Below are positions 11,690 through 22,257 of a stretch of 64,000 bases of DNA, in pieces. This stretch comes from Scyliorhinus canicula (Eukaryota), in assembly GCF_902713615.1 (NCBI RefSeq), contig NC_052162.1, forward strand, positions 106,605,811 to 106,669,810. Direction: 5' to 3'. The notes below the pieces were generated by a model, which ran no database searches, was not told the origin of the DNA, and was given only the letters and a program-made list of their open reading frames with translations. The translations under genes and the position numbers were made by a program. Within the stretch, counting starts at the first letter, position 1. Every line of letters begins with the position of its first letter.

Positions 11690-12835
11690 AGACAGGAGCT
11701 GTCATGGAGATTGAAATATCTGGTCTTAGTGATGGCGTGGATAAGTGGTCGAAAACTCATCCTGGGGTTAAATATGACCGGATATGTCCTCAGGGGGAGG
11801 GTAGTTAGGGAACGGAATTCATAGTGGTGACTGAGGACAATGGCATTAGTCTTCCCAATTTTTAATTGGAGGAGATTTCTGCTGACCCAGTACTGGACGT
11901 GGGATAAGCAGTTCAATAATTTAGCAACAGTGGAGGAATGGCGAGGGATGATGGTGAGGTAGAGCTGGGCATTGTCAGTGTACCTGTGAAAACTAACATG
12001 GTACTTTTGGATGATGTCACCTGTTGAAAAATAGGAGGGGCCAAGGATTGATCCTCGGGCGACACCAAGTACAAGGATTTTGGAGAGGGGAGGTTAATAA
12101 TAATAATCTTTATTATTGTCACAAGTCGGCTTACATTAACACTGCAATGAAGCTACTGTGAAAAGCCCCTAGTCGCCACACTTAGTGCCTGTTCAGATAC
12201 ACAGTGGGGGAATTCAGAATGTATAATTCACCTCACAGCACGCTTTTTCAGACTTGTGGGAGGAAATCGGAGCACCTGGAGGAAACCCACAGACACGGAG
12301 AATGTGCAGACTCCACACATATAGTGACCCGAGCCGGGAATAGAATCGGGGGCCCTGGCGCTGTGAAGCAACAATGCTAACCACAGTGCTACAGTGCCGC
12401 CCAGATGGACGGTAGTTCATAAAGACAACAGGAGCAAATATTTATTTCGGTGGGTGATGACAATGGATTTAAAAGGTGAGAGTGACAGTACCAGAAGAGA
12501 GAGAGAACAATTAAAAATATCAGTGAACAGTAGGGAGGGGGTGGAAAGAGTTGGGAGATCAGCAATTTAGTGTGAAGAGGGTCAAGGGAGCAGGAAGTGG
12601 GTCTAATGGACAAGATGAGTCCTGAAAGGACGCGAGGATGGGAGAGAAACGAGAGAAAGGCGTGAGTGCAGGGCTTGGACAAGTGGGAAGTTTACAGACA
12701 GTTTTCCCCGATGGGCTAGTGGAATGGAGGAAAGTAGCAGAGACAGCTGATTGGATTGTCTTGATCTTAGTGAGAAAGAAGCTCCGTGACTTCCTCACAC
12801 TTGTTGTTGGTGAAGTTGGAGGAAACAGGAGAGAG
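11690..12835 (-). mobile_element. Old L2-like LINE fragments with a nested composite SINE (12095-12401)
   Basis: WVSRNLLQLKIGKT and CSLDPLHTKL are L2 ORF2-like; V-SINE head with ...gtgacaataaagattatt tail. Confidence 0.65.
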
Positions 12836-13039
12836 TGAGAGTCCTTGAAAAAAAAACTAACATATGTTAGAGATATTAAAAAGATTCAACAGACAATATT
12901 TAGCACAAACTTGACTGATTTGATTTTTGTGCAGAATATTAGCTACTGTAACTGAAGTTTATGAACATCAGCAGGAACACACCTCAATGAACATGGCTCA
13001 GTCCTGGATGTGATTAAAAGCAAAGCCCAATCAGTGTTG

Positions 13040-13741
13040 TTACTTATGAACCCGCCGGTGTGTGAGGAGACTAGATGACTGAGGGAACCGCTTCCCACAC
13101 TTCAAGCAGACAAACGGCTTCTCTCCAGTGTGAACTCGCAGGTGTACAGTGAGTTGTGATGATGTCTTGAACCCAGTCCCACAGCGAGAGCATCTGAACG
13201 GTTTCTCATCAGTGTGAACACGTTGATGGATCATCAGGTAACCAGAACTTTTATAGCACTTCCCGCAGTCTGTGCATTTAAAAGGTCTCTTGTCAGTGTG
13301 AACTCGCTGGTGTGTCAGCAGGCTGGATGAATGACTGAATGCTTTTCCACACTTGGAGCAGGTGAATGGTCTCTCCCCAGTGTGAATTCGCTGGTGGACA
13401 GTGAACTCAGATGATGTCTTGAACCCAGACCCACAGTACGAGCACCTGAACGGTCTCTCGTCGGTGTGAACCCGTTGATGGGCCATCAGATTCCCGGGAC
13501 TTTTAAAGTATTTCCCACAGTTTGGGCATTTACAAGGTCTCTCATCAGTGTGAACATCCTTGTGCCTCAACAGATTGGATGAACGAGTGAATCCTTTCCC
13601 ACACTCGGGGCAGGTGAATGGTCTCTCCCCAGTGTGACTGCGGCGATGAGCCTCCAGCACTGATGGGTAACTGAATCCCATCCCACAGTCCCCACATTTC
13701 CACAATCCCACCCTAGCGCGATCAGTTCTTTTTCTGCCCAT
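13040..13741 (-). CDS. C2H2 zinc-finger protein, 8 tandem fingers, no KRAB/SCAN (~233 aa)
   Basis: Open frame with 8 CxxC..HxxxH fingers and TGERP/TDERP linkers; first ATG at 13741; splice acceptor ttttcacAG before 13845. Confidence 0.85.
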   Translation of the reverse strand: MGRKRTDRARVGLWKCGDCGMGFSYPSVLEAHRRSHTGERPFTCPECGKGFTRSSNLLRHKDVHTDERPCKCPNCGKYFKSPGNLMAHQRVHTDERPFRCSYCGSGFKTSSEFTVHQRIHTGERPFTCSKCGKAFSHSSSLLTHQRVHTDKRPFKCTDCGKCYKSSGYLMIHQRVHTDEKPFRCSRCGTGFKTSSQLTVHLRVHTGEKPFVCLKCGKRFPQSSSLLTHRRVHK

Positions 13742-13970
13742 TTTCAAAGGTCGATGTTCCTCAGGTCCTGATGAATTGAGAAACTCTGTCCTGATGTGCT
13801 GTTTGGTTTCAGTTTTCTGACTGCGAATCCTCACCTTCTGATACTCTGTGAAAATGATTTAAAACAGAAAAAAAAAGAGAGAGGGAACTCACAAAAATAC
13901 AAAGGCAGGTTATGAAATTGAGCTGAATGAATCTGGTCATTTGTGGAGCCTGTATTAGGAATAAATGACC

Positions 13971-15273
13971 GCCTGGAGTCGCTGATAACGGCGCCGTTGC
14001 CGCTCCCTCCAATGAGGTATACCACGAGCCCGGTGGTGGCGGCTACCCTCAAAATTTGGGGGCAATGGAGACGGCATAGGGGGGAGGCTCGATGGAGTCC
14101 CCGATACGGGGAAACCACCGGTTTGTTCCAGGGAGCATCGATGACGGATTTCTGGGCTGGCACAGGGTAGGTATTAGGAGGTTGAGGGACCTGTTTGTGG
14201 ATGGGAGGTTCACGAGCCTGGGTGAGTTAGAGGGGAAGTTTGGGCTCCCGCCAGGGAACATGTTTAGGTTCATGCAGGTTAGGGCGTTTGCCAGGCAGCA
14301 GGTGGAGGGGTTCCCTCTGTTGCCCCCACGTGGGGTATGGGACAGGGTGCTCTCTGGGGTGTGGGTTGGAGGAGGGAGGATTTCGGACGTATACTGCGTA
14401 ATGCAGGAGGTAGACGAGGCCTCGGTGGAGGAGCTGAAGGGTAAATGGGAAGAGGAGCTGGGTAAGGAGATTGAGGGGGGGACGTGGGCGGATGCCCTGG
14501 AGAGAGTGAATTCCTCCTCTTCCTGTGCGAGGCGAAGCCTCATACAGTTCAAGGTGCTGCACAGGTCCCACATGACTGGGACGAGGATGAGTAGATTTTT
14601 TGGGGGCGAGGACAGGTGTGCTAGGTGCTCGGGGAGCCCAGCGAACCATGCCCATATGTTTTGGGCATGCCCAGCGCTGGGGGAGTTTTGGAAGGGGGTA
14701 GCAAGGACGGTGTCGAGGGTAGTAGGATCCAGGGTCAAGCCAGGCTGGGGACTCGCAATTTTTGGGGTTGCAGTGGAGCCGGTGTGCAGGAGGCGAAAGA
14801 GGCCGGTGTTCTGGCCTTTGCGTCCCTAGTAGCCCGGCGGAGGATCTTGCTTCAATGGAAAGATGCGAGGCCCCCAAGCGTGGAGGCCTGGATCAATGAT
14901 ATGGCGTGGTTGATCAAATTGGAGAAGGTGAAATTTGCCCCGAGGGGATCAGTACAGGGGTTCTTTAGGCGGTGGCAGCCTTTCCTGGACTTCCTGGCGG
15001 AACGGTAGGGAAATAGGCCAGCAGCAGCAGCAGCAACCCGGGGGGCGGGGAGGAAAAAGAGAGGCAGGGGGGTTTGGTTTGGTGGGATGGAGAATGGTGT
15101 ACATGGGTTTGTTGGATGTGGCGGGTGTTATCTCTTTCCTTTTTGTTGTTTGCTTTTTTGGTTTTTGTAGTGGCTTTTGTAGTTGGGTGGTTGTTGTTCT
15201 TGGGTTTTTACCATGGTTGTTTTGTTAATATTGTTTTGTTGTTTATATTTTGTGAAAACCTTAATAAAAAAAA
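13971..15273 (+). mobile_element. L1/Tx1-like LINE, 5'-truncated, in ZNF intron
   Basis: ORF2 C-terminus in ORFs 14092-15008; AATAAA plus A-tail; 14-bp TSD AGGAATAAATGACC (13957-13970, 15274-15287). Confidence 0.92.
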
Positions 15274-15342
15274 AGGAATAAATGACCATGAAAGCAGCTG
15301 GATTGTTGTAAAAACTCAATTGGTTCAGTAATGTCCTTCAGT

Positions 15343-15642
15343 GAACATAGAACACACAGTGTAGAAGGAGGCCATTCAGCCCATCGAGTCTGCACCGACC
15401 CACTTAAGCCCTCACTTCCACCCTATCCCCGTAACCCAATAACCCCTCCTAACCTTTTTGGACACAGAGGACAATTTATCACGGCCAATCCGCCTAACCT
15501 GCACGTGTGGGAAGAAACTGGAGCACCCAGAGGAAACCCACGCACACACGGGGAGAACGTGCAGACACCACACAGATAGTGACCCAAGCCGGGAATCGAA
15601 CCTGGGACCCTGTCGCTGTGAAGCAATACCCACTGTGCTACC
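15343..15642 (-). mobile_element. HE1-like V-SINE
   Basis: tRNA head, V-domain, CR1-type tail. Confidence 0.85.
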
Positions 15643-15825
15643 GATGAAGGGAACCTACTACCCGGTCAGGACTCGTAGAACAAAAGAAATGATGACAATG
15701 GAGGACAAAATAAAATGTTTGCTCTATCATTCAATACAATTGTGGCTGATTGTTGACTTCAACTCCACTTTCCTGACCTCCTCATATCCCTCAATTCCCC
15801 AAGAGATCAGAAATATCTCAATCTC

Positions 15826-16045
15826 AGGGCAGCATGGTGGCACAGTGGTTAGCCCTTCTGCCTCACAGCGCCGAGGTCCCAGGTTTGACCACGGTTCTGG
15901 GTCAGTGACCGTGTGGAGTTTGCACATTCTCCCTGTTTTTGCGTGGGTTTCACTCCCACAGCCCAAAGATGTGCAGGGTAGGTGCAATGGCCACGCTAAA
16001 TTGCCCCTTAATTGGAAAAAAATAATTGGGTACTCTAAATTTATG
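15826..16045 (+). mobile_element. Short V-SINE variant
   Basis: gggcagcatggtggcacagtggttagc head; ends aattggaaaaaaataattgggtactctaaattta. Confidence 0.85.
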
Positions 16046-16064
16046 AAAGAAAAGAAATATCTCA

Positions 16065-17270
16065 ATCCCTACGGGAAATTCAGGAGGAAATATGTAAGGA
16101 GATTAAAGATGGTTGCAAGAAAAATTGGGCGGTAATAGTTGGGGACTTTAAATTTCCCAACATTGATTGGGACATTATATTGCTTTGGCACAAAAGGCAA
16201 AGGTGAATCCAAAAACCTTCTACAAATACATAAAGGGCAAAAGAGTAACTAGGGAGAGAGGAGGGCCTCTTAAGGATGCACAAGATCATCTATGGTGCGG
16301 ATCCACAAGTGATGGGTGAGATCCTAAATCAATATTTCTGATTGGTATTTACTGTTGAGAAAGGCATGGATGTTAGGGAACTTTGGGAAATAAATAGTGA
16401 TATCTTGAGGAGTGTACATATTACAGAGAATGGGGTGCTGGAAGTCTTGAAGTGCATCAAAGTAGATAAATCCCCGGGACCTGATGAAATGTATATCAAA
16501 ACGTTGTGGGAGGCTAGGGAGGAAATTGCGGGTCCCCCAGCAGATATTTAAATCGTTGACAGCCACAGGTAAGGTGCCTGAAGATTGGGGGGTAGCAAAT
16601 GTTATGCCTTTGTTAAGAAGGGCCACAGGGAAAAGCATGGGAACGACAGACCGGGAAGTCTAAGGTCTGCGGTGGGTAAGTTGTTAGAAGATATTCTGAG
16701 AGATAGGATCTATAGAAATTTAGAGAGGTGAGGACTGATTAAGGACAGTCAGTATGGCTTTGCAAATGGAAAATTATGTTCCACAAATTTGAATTGCGTT
16801 TTTTGAAGGGATAACCAAGGTAGATGAGGGCAGTGCAGTCGATGTTGTCTACATGGACTTTAGCAAGGCCTTTGACAATGTACCGCATGATAGGCTGTTG
16901 CTTAAGATTAAATCTCACGGAATCCAGTGTGAGGTAGCCATTTGGATAAAAAATTGGCTTGACGACAGAAGACAGTGGTTGTCGAGGGTTGTTTTTCAAA
17001 CTGGAGGCTTGTGACCAGCGGTGTGCCTCAGGGATCAGTGCTGGGTCCACTGTTATTTGTATTAATGATTTGGATGTTAATTTAGGAGGCATGGTTAGTA
17101 AGTTTTCAGAGGACACCAAGATTGGTGGCATAGTGGACAGTGAAGGTTATCTAGGATTGCAACAGGATCTTGATCGATTGGGCCAGTGGGCCGATGAATG
17201 GCAGATGGAGTTTAATTTCGACAAGTGTGTGGCGATACATTTTTATACATTGAATCGGGGCAGGACTTCC
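16065..17270 (+). mobile_element. CR1-clade LINE fragment
   Basis: GDFKFPNIDW, IKVDKSPGPD and SKFSEDTKIGG motifs. Confidence 0.85.
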
Positions 17271-17290
17271 TTGATAACCTGCTGGCTGAC

Positions 17291-17614
17291 AGAACATAGA
17301 ACATATAGTGCAGAAGGAGGCCATTCGGACCATCGAGTCTGCACCGACCCACATAAGCCTTCACTTCCACCCTATCCCCGTAACCCAATAACCCCTCCTA
17401 ACCTTTTTGTACACTAAGGGCAATTTATCGTGGCCAATCCACCTAACCTGCATGTCTTTGGACTGTGGGAGGAAACCAGAGCACCCGGAGGAAACCGCGC
17501 AGACACGGGGAGAACATGCAGACTCTGCACAGACAGTGACCCAGCGGGGCATCGAACCTGCGACCCTGGTGCTGTGAAGCCACAGTGCTATCCATTTGTG
17601 CTACCGTGCTGCCC
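17291..17614 (-). mobile_element. HE1-like V-SINE
   Basis: Full head, V-domain and tail. Confidence 0.85.
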
Positions 17615-17929
17615 CAGAACTTTGTGTGATAAGAAAGGAAAAGCAGAGAAGAGAGGGAGAGACAGAGGGGGAGTGGGAGGGCCGAGGGTAAGGAGTTTTT
17701 ATAGACCTAAAACTAAACCAGAACTTGGGCAGAATCTCCTGAACCACTGTATGCCATGAGCCAGAAGGTCCAGGGAAAAGGTATGTGAAAACCATCACTT
17801 CAAGTTTCTCTCCAAGTTACACCCCATCCTGACTAGTCTGACATCAGTACTGGATGATCAGACATTTCCTCCATTTAAACATTGTCTTCAGTCCCTGCTA
17901 TATAGCCCTGACAACTTATACCCCTGACA

Positions 17930-19390
17930 ACTGTCTGAGACTGAACCAGACGGTTCACAACCAGGGTGAAATATTTCACCTCCAGATGAGTTTCCGATAA
18001 CAGATCCTCATCATCACCAAGACTGCCCATTTCCACCTCAGTAACATCGCCCAACTCCATTCCAGTCTCATAGAATTTGCAGTGCAGAAGGAGGCCATTC
18101 AGCCGATCGAGTCTGCATCGGCCCTTGGAAAGAGCACCCTACCCAAGCCGACACCTCCACCCTATCCCCGTAACCCCACCTAACCTTTTTTTTGGACACT
18201 AAGGGCAATTTAGCACAGCCAATCCACCTAACCTGCACATCTTTGGACTGTGGGAAGAAACCGGAGCACCCAAAAGGAAACCCACGCACACAGGGAGAAC
18301 GGCAGACTCCACACAGACAGTGACCCAAGCCGGGAATCGAACCTGGGACCCTGGAGCCGTGAAGCAACTGTGTCACTGTGCTGCCCACTGTTTTTGTTTC
18401 TGGAATTAGGAGGGAGGGCGAAGAGAAAAAGGGACCACTTGTCAGCTCACCTGCTGCTGAACCTCATCCATTCCTTCATTACTCTAAACTTAACTATCCT
18501 AACGCACTCCCAGACAACATCCCACATTCAACTTCCCTGGAATCTTGAGGGCATTCAAAGATCTGCTGCCTGTGTGCTTACTCACACCAATCATTCATCA
18601 CACCCCCGTGCTCACTGACCTACAAAGGCTCCAGGTGAGAATGCACCAAAATATTAAAATTCACATTCTTGCTTTCAAATCCCTCTTATAGTCTCTCCCT
18701 CTCCTCTCCCCTCCCCTCCCTATCTGTAGTCTCCTCCAGCCTCACACCCTCTGACCTACCTGTGCTCCTCTCATTCCAGCCTTAGCATTTCATATTTTAA
18801 TCGCTCCACCATTGATGGCCGTTCTGTCAATTTCCAAGATTCCAACTTCCTCCTGACCCCTCTCCACCTCAATTTCCCCCATTTCCTTACAATAAATTTA
18901 TTTGACTAAATATTTATTCATCTGCTCTGATGTCTCTTCATAGAACAGTACAGCACAGAACAGGCCCTTCGGCCCTCAATGTTGTGCCGAGCCATGATCA
19001 CCCTACTCAAACACACGTATCCACCCTATACCCGTAATCCAACAACCCCCCCCCCCTTAACCTTACTTTTATTAGGACACTACGGGCAATTTAGCATGGC
19101 CAATCCACCTAACCCGCACATCTTTGGACTGTGGGAGGAAACCGGAGCACCTGGAGGAAACCCACGCACACAGGGGGAGGACGTGCAGACTCCACACAGA
19201 CAGTGACCCAGCCGGGAATCGAACCTGGGACCCTGGAGCTGTGAAGCATTTATGCTAACCACCATGCTACCCTGCTGCCCTTATAAATCTTCATATGGTT
19301 CAATGTCAAATGTGGCTTTATAACAGTCCTGTTAAATAACTTGGAATGTTCTATTGCACAAAAGGTGCTTTATAAATACAAATAGCTATT
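17930..19390 (+). mobile_element. L2-like 3' fragments with two nested HE1-like SINEs (18068-18386, 18938-19280, both minus)
   Basis: L2 3'-end similarity shared with 40380-40700, 45840-46380 and 53560-54385. Confidence 0.65.
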
Positions 19391-20146
19391 GTTGATTTGG
19401 ACATATATCACTGTTCATTCATCATCGTTGAGTGAATAACCAGTAATTCCTTACCTAACTGCATTGTGGGATCACCTTCACCACTGCAGTGGTTCATGGT
19501 CCAATATTATCTTCTTCACAGGAAACTGGGGATTGACAATATATGTTTGTACTTGTGGAGAGAGAAACAAAGGCAACATTTCACATTAGTGAAAATGAAT
19601 TTTAAGGAATAAAAATGGTGCAGAAAGTGATGGCCAATATAAGCTCAGAAGCAGAAGAGAAATGTAATACAGCACAGGAGAAACAATTCCAGATTATGGC
19701 AGACACGGTGGGAAGATAAAGCTGGTGTGCCAGATGCTGATGGTCAGGACCTGGGTAGTGGTGGAAACCTCATTCAGACAGTCCGTAGTAGCCACAGTAA
19801 AATACTAAACAGTTATAATACACCCATTATTGGAGACAGAGAGAATTAGAGAATGCCAGTGAGGTGATCAGGGATGGCAGAGGTGAAAGTGACCAATGAT
19901 GGATATGGATTCTGACCCATATTAAAAGGAGTCTCATCAGCCTCAGAGTCATGAACCTCTTACAGATCATAAGATGATTGGTTAAAAACGATCATCCCTG
20001 AAACCATCTCACTGTTTTCAATGTTAAAATCACCTGCTGGAGCCTACAGCTGGAAAGATATCAGAAGCTCTGGAGTCAAAAATTTCCCAGTTGAGGAAAT
20101 ACCCAGGGAGCAGGGGTGATGTCACTGTACATGGTTTAGCTCATGA

Positions 20147-20329
20147 GGGGCTGGTTTAGCTCACTCAGCTAAATCACCGGCTTTTAAAGCAGACCAAGCC
20201 GGCCAGCAGCACGGTTTGATTCCCGTACCAGCCTCCCCGGACAGGTGCCGGAATGTGGCGACTAGGGGCTTTTCACAGTAACTTCATTGTAGCCTACTCG
20301 TGACAATAAGCGATTTTCATTTCATTTTT
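20147..20329 (+). mobile_element. Short tRNA-derived SINE with (TTTCA)n tail
   Basis: ggggctggtttagctca head, ...gtgacaataagcgattttcatttc tail; near-identical to 56649-56836. Confidence 0.85.
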
Positions 20330-20611
20330 CGGTGTGTGATGATGTCACAGACACAGAACATCTGGGTCTGTGCATACCAGTGATCACCATACATTATGGA
20401 AGATGGAGGAATCATTGAGAGGGTGCAGAGGAGATTAACCAGAATGGTTCAGGGGATGAGAGATTTTAATTGTCAGGTTAGGTTGGAGGAACTGATGTGG
20501 TACTCCAGGAGCAAATGAGATTGAACGGAAATTTGATAGAAGTAAACAAGTTTATGAAAGATACAGCCAAGGTAGAAAAGGAAAACAGTTTCATTATATG
20601 ATCCCACAATG

Positions 20612-20887
20612 CACCATGGTTTCACAGCGCTAGGGTCCCAGGTTAGATTCCCCGCTGGGTCACTGTCTGTGCAGAGTCTGCACGTGTCTGCTTGGGTTTC
20701 CTCCAGGTGCTCTGGTTTCCTCCCAGTTTAAAGATGTGCAGGTTAGGAGGACTGGCCATGATAAATTGCCCTTAGTGAACAAAAGGGTGAGGAAGGGTTA
20801 TGGGGATAGGGTGGAAGTGAGGGCTTAAGTGGGTCGGTGCAGACTCGATGGGCCAAATGGCCTCGTTCTGCACCGTATGTTCTATGA
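20612..20887 (+). mobile_element. HE1-like V-SINE
   Basis: V-domain and tail. Confidence 0.8.
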
Positions 20888-20981
20888 CAGACTCAGATTT
20901 AGATCTTGGATAAAATATAGAGAAATTATATGTGCAAGAAATATTACACAGCGAGTGTAATGAGCTGCAAACAATACTTAC

Positions 20982-21085
20982 ACTCAAAGTCAATAATATG
21001 CAGTTCCTGATCAGTCGACTTTGTAGGAATTTGGTGTGATATTTGCTTTGAGTTTTCAGTTTGCACATTCTTGCCATTTAGTATC
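20982..21085 (-). other. Probable 5' exon of the 13-kb ZNF gene
   Basis: Acceptor ttttattaaacAG, donor GTAAGT; homologous exon at 46427-46519 in the paralog. Confidence 0.6.
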
Positions 21086-21259
21086 CTGTTTAATAAAAGA
21101 TTGCAAAAACAATCATCACTGTCAGTCCAATAATAGAATGAAGAGACAAACACTTGCCTTGGTTTTGAGTTTGCTGTGTGGAAATCTCCTAATCCCCTAT
21201 AAAAGGAGTTTCCAAAATCCGTCAGTGTCAGACCAGGATAGAAATTCAGAACATTGTCT

Positions 21260-21690
21260 CCTCCTGTTGCCTGGAGCAGGATGACCGCCAATGCGCCCTG
21301 CTGCACAACAGCTCCCCCGGGCCGAGCAGACGGAGCGTCCCAAACATTGCAAGCCTATTCGCTGCAACGCGACGCCGGTAGTTTCGGATTCAGGATTTGC
21401 GACCTGCACTGAATGTTTATGATGCCTCCCTGCCCATTCCGCTGACCCCATTTCTCCCGCCACCCCCACTAACTCTGTTATTCTGCTGCAGTTGCCATTT
21501 TCTCGCACTGTCCCGCGCCTCCAGTTACAGAAAAGTACTACGCATGTTCAGGGAAAGAACGCAGGCGCATGCTCCATTTATACTCCGTAAGGCGCATGTG
21601 CAGGGACCACTTGTTTGGCTGGGACAGATTCTGCCCCGCTATGAATGCTGGGTTAGAGTTCCACCACCGGAAGCCGATATTGTTGCAGAT
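21260..21690 (-). promoter_or_regulatory. CpG-rich promoter/first exon of ZNF gene 1
   Basis: Local CpG enrichment; GCGCATGC (NRF1-like), CCGGAAG (ETS-like), ACCCAGCATTC (ZNF143/Staf-like); homologous to 46660-47520. Confidence 0.65.
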
Positions 21691-21944
21691 AAAATTATTT
21701 TTTATGATCCGAGGATGATTGTAGCCTTACGAAATAGATGTAAAATTATTAATTCAATTTCTACAACCAAGTGCACGGGTCTCTACCACTGTAGTGAAGT
21801 GTTCTGTCTGTAATTGAGCAGAAAAAGCCCTTATAGTTAGATATGAATTCACAGGAGTTTTAGCAGCTCAGGTGAAGAAGTCATCTTTTCCTTCCCTACA
21901 TGGAATATTTAAACTCTGTCTTGTCAGTAAGAAAGTGCCTTTCT

Positions 21945-22254
21945 ATAGAATTTCGAAAGTGCAGAAAGAGGCCATTCAGCCCATCGAGACTGCACCAACC
22001 CTCTGACCGAAGTGAACTGCCCGTTACCCCCAGTGACCTACTCTGCATGTCCCTGGTCACTGAGGGGCAACTTAGCGTGAAGAATCCCCCAAATCTGCAC
22101 GTCTTTGGACTGTGGAAGGAAACTGGAGGACCCGGAGGAAACCCACGCAGAGATGGGGAGAAAGGTCGAAAATCCATAGAGACAGTCACCCAAGGCCAGA
22201 AATGAACCCGGGCCCTTTGCGCTGTTAGGCAGAGTGATAATCACTGCCACCATA
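21945..22254 (-). mobile_element. Older V-SINE
   Basis: V-domain and CR1-type tail, diverged. Confidence 0.7.
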
Positions 22255-22257
22255 TGG

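Noticed and set aside
15331-19280. Recurring short ORFs (MANPPNLHIFGLWEETGAP...)
   Set aside because: Translations of V-SINE copies
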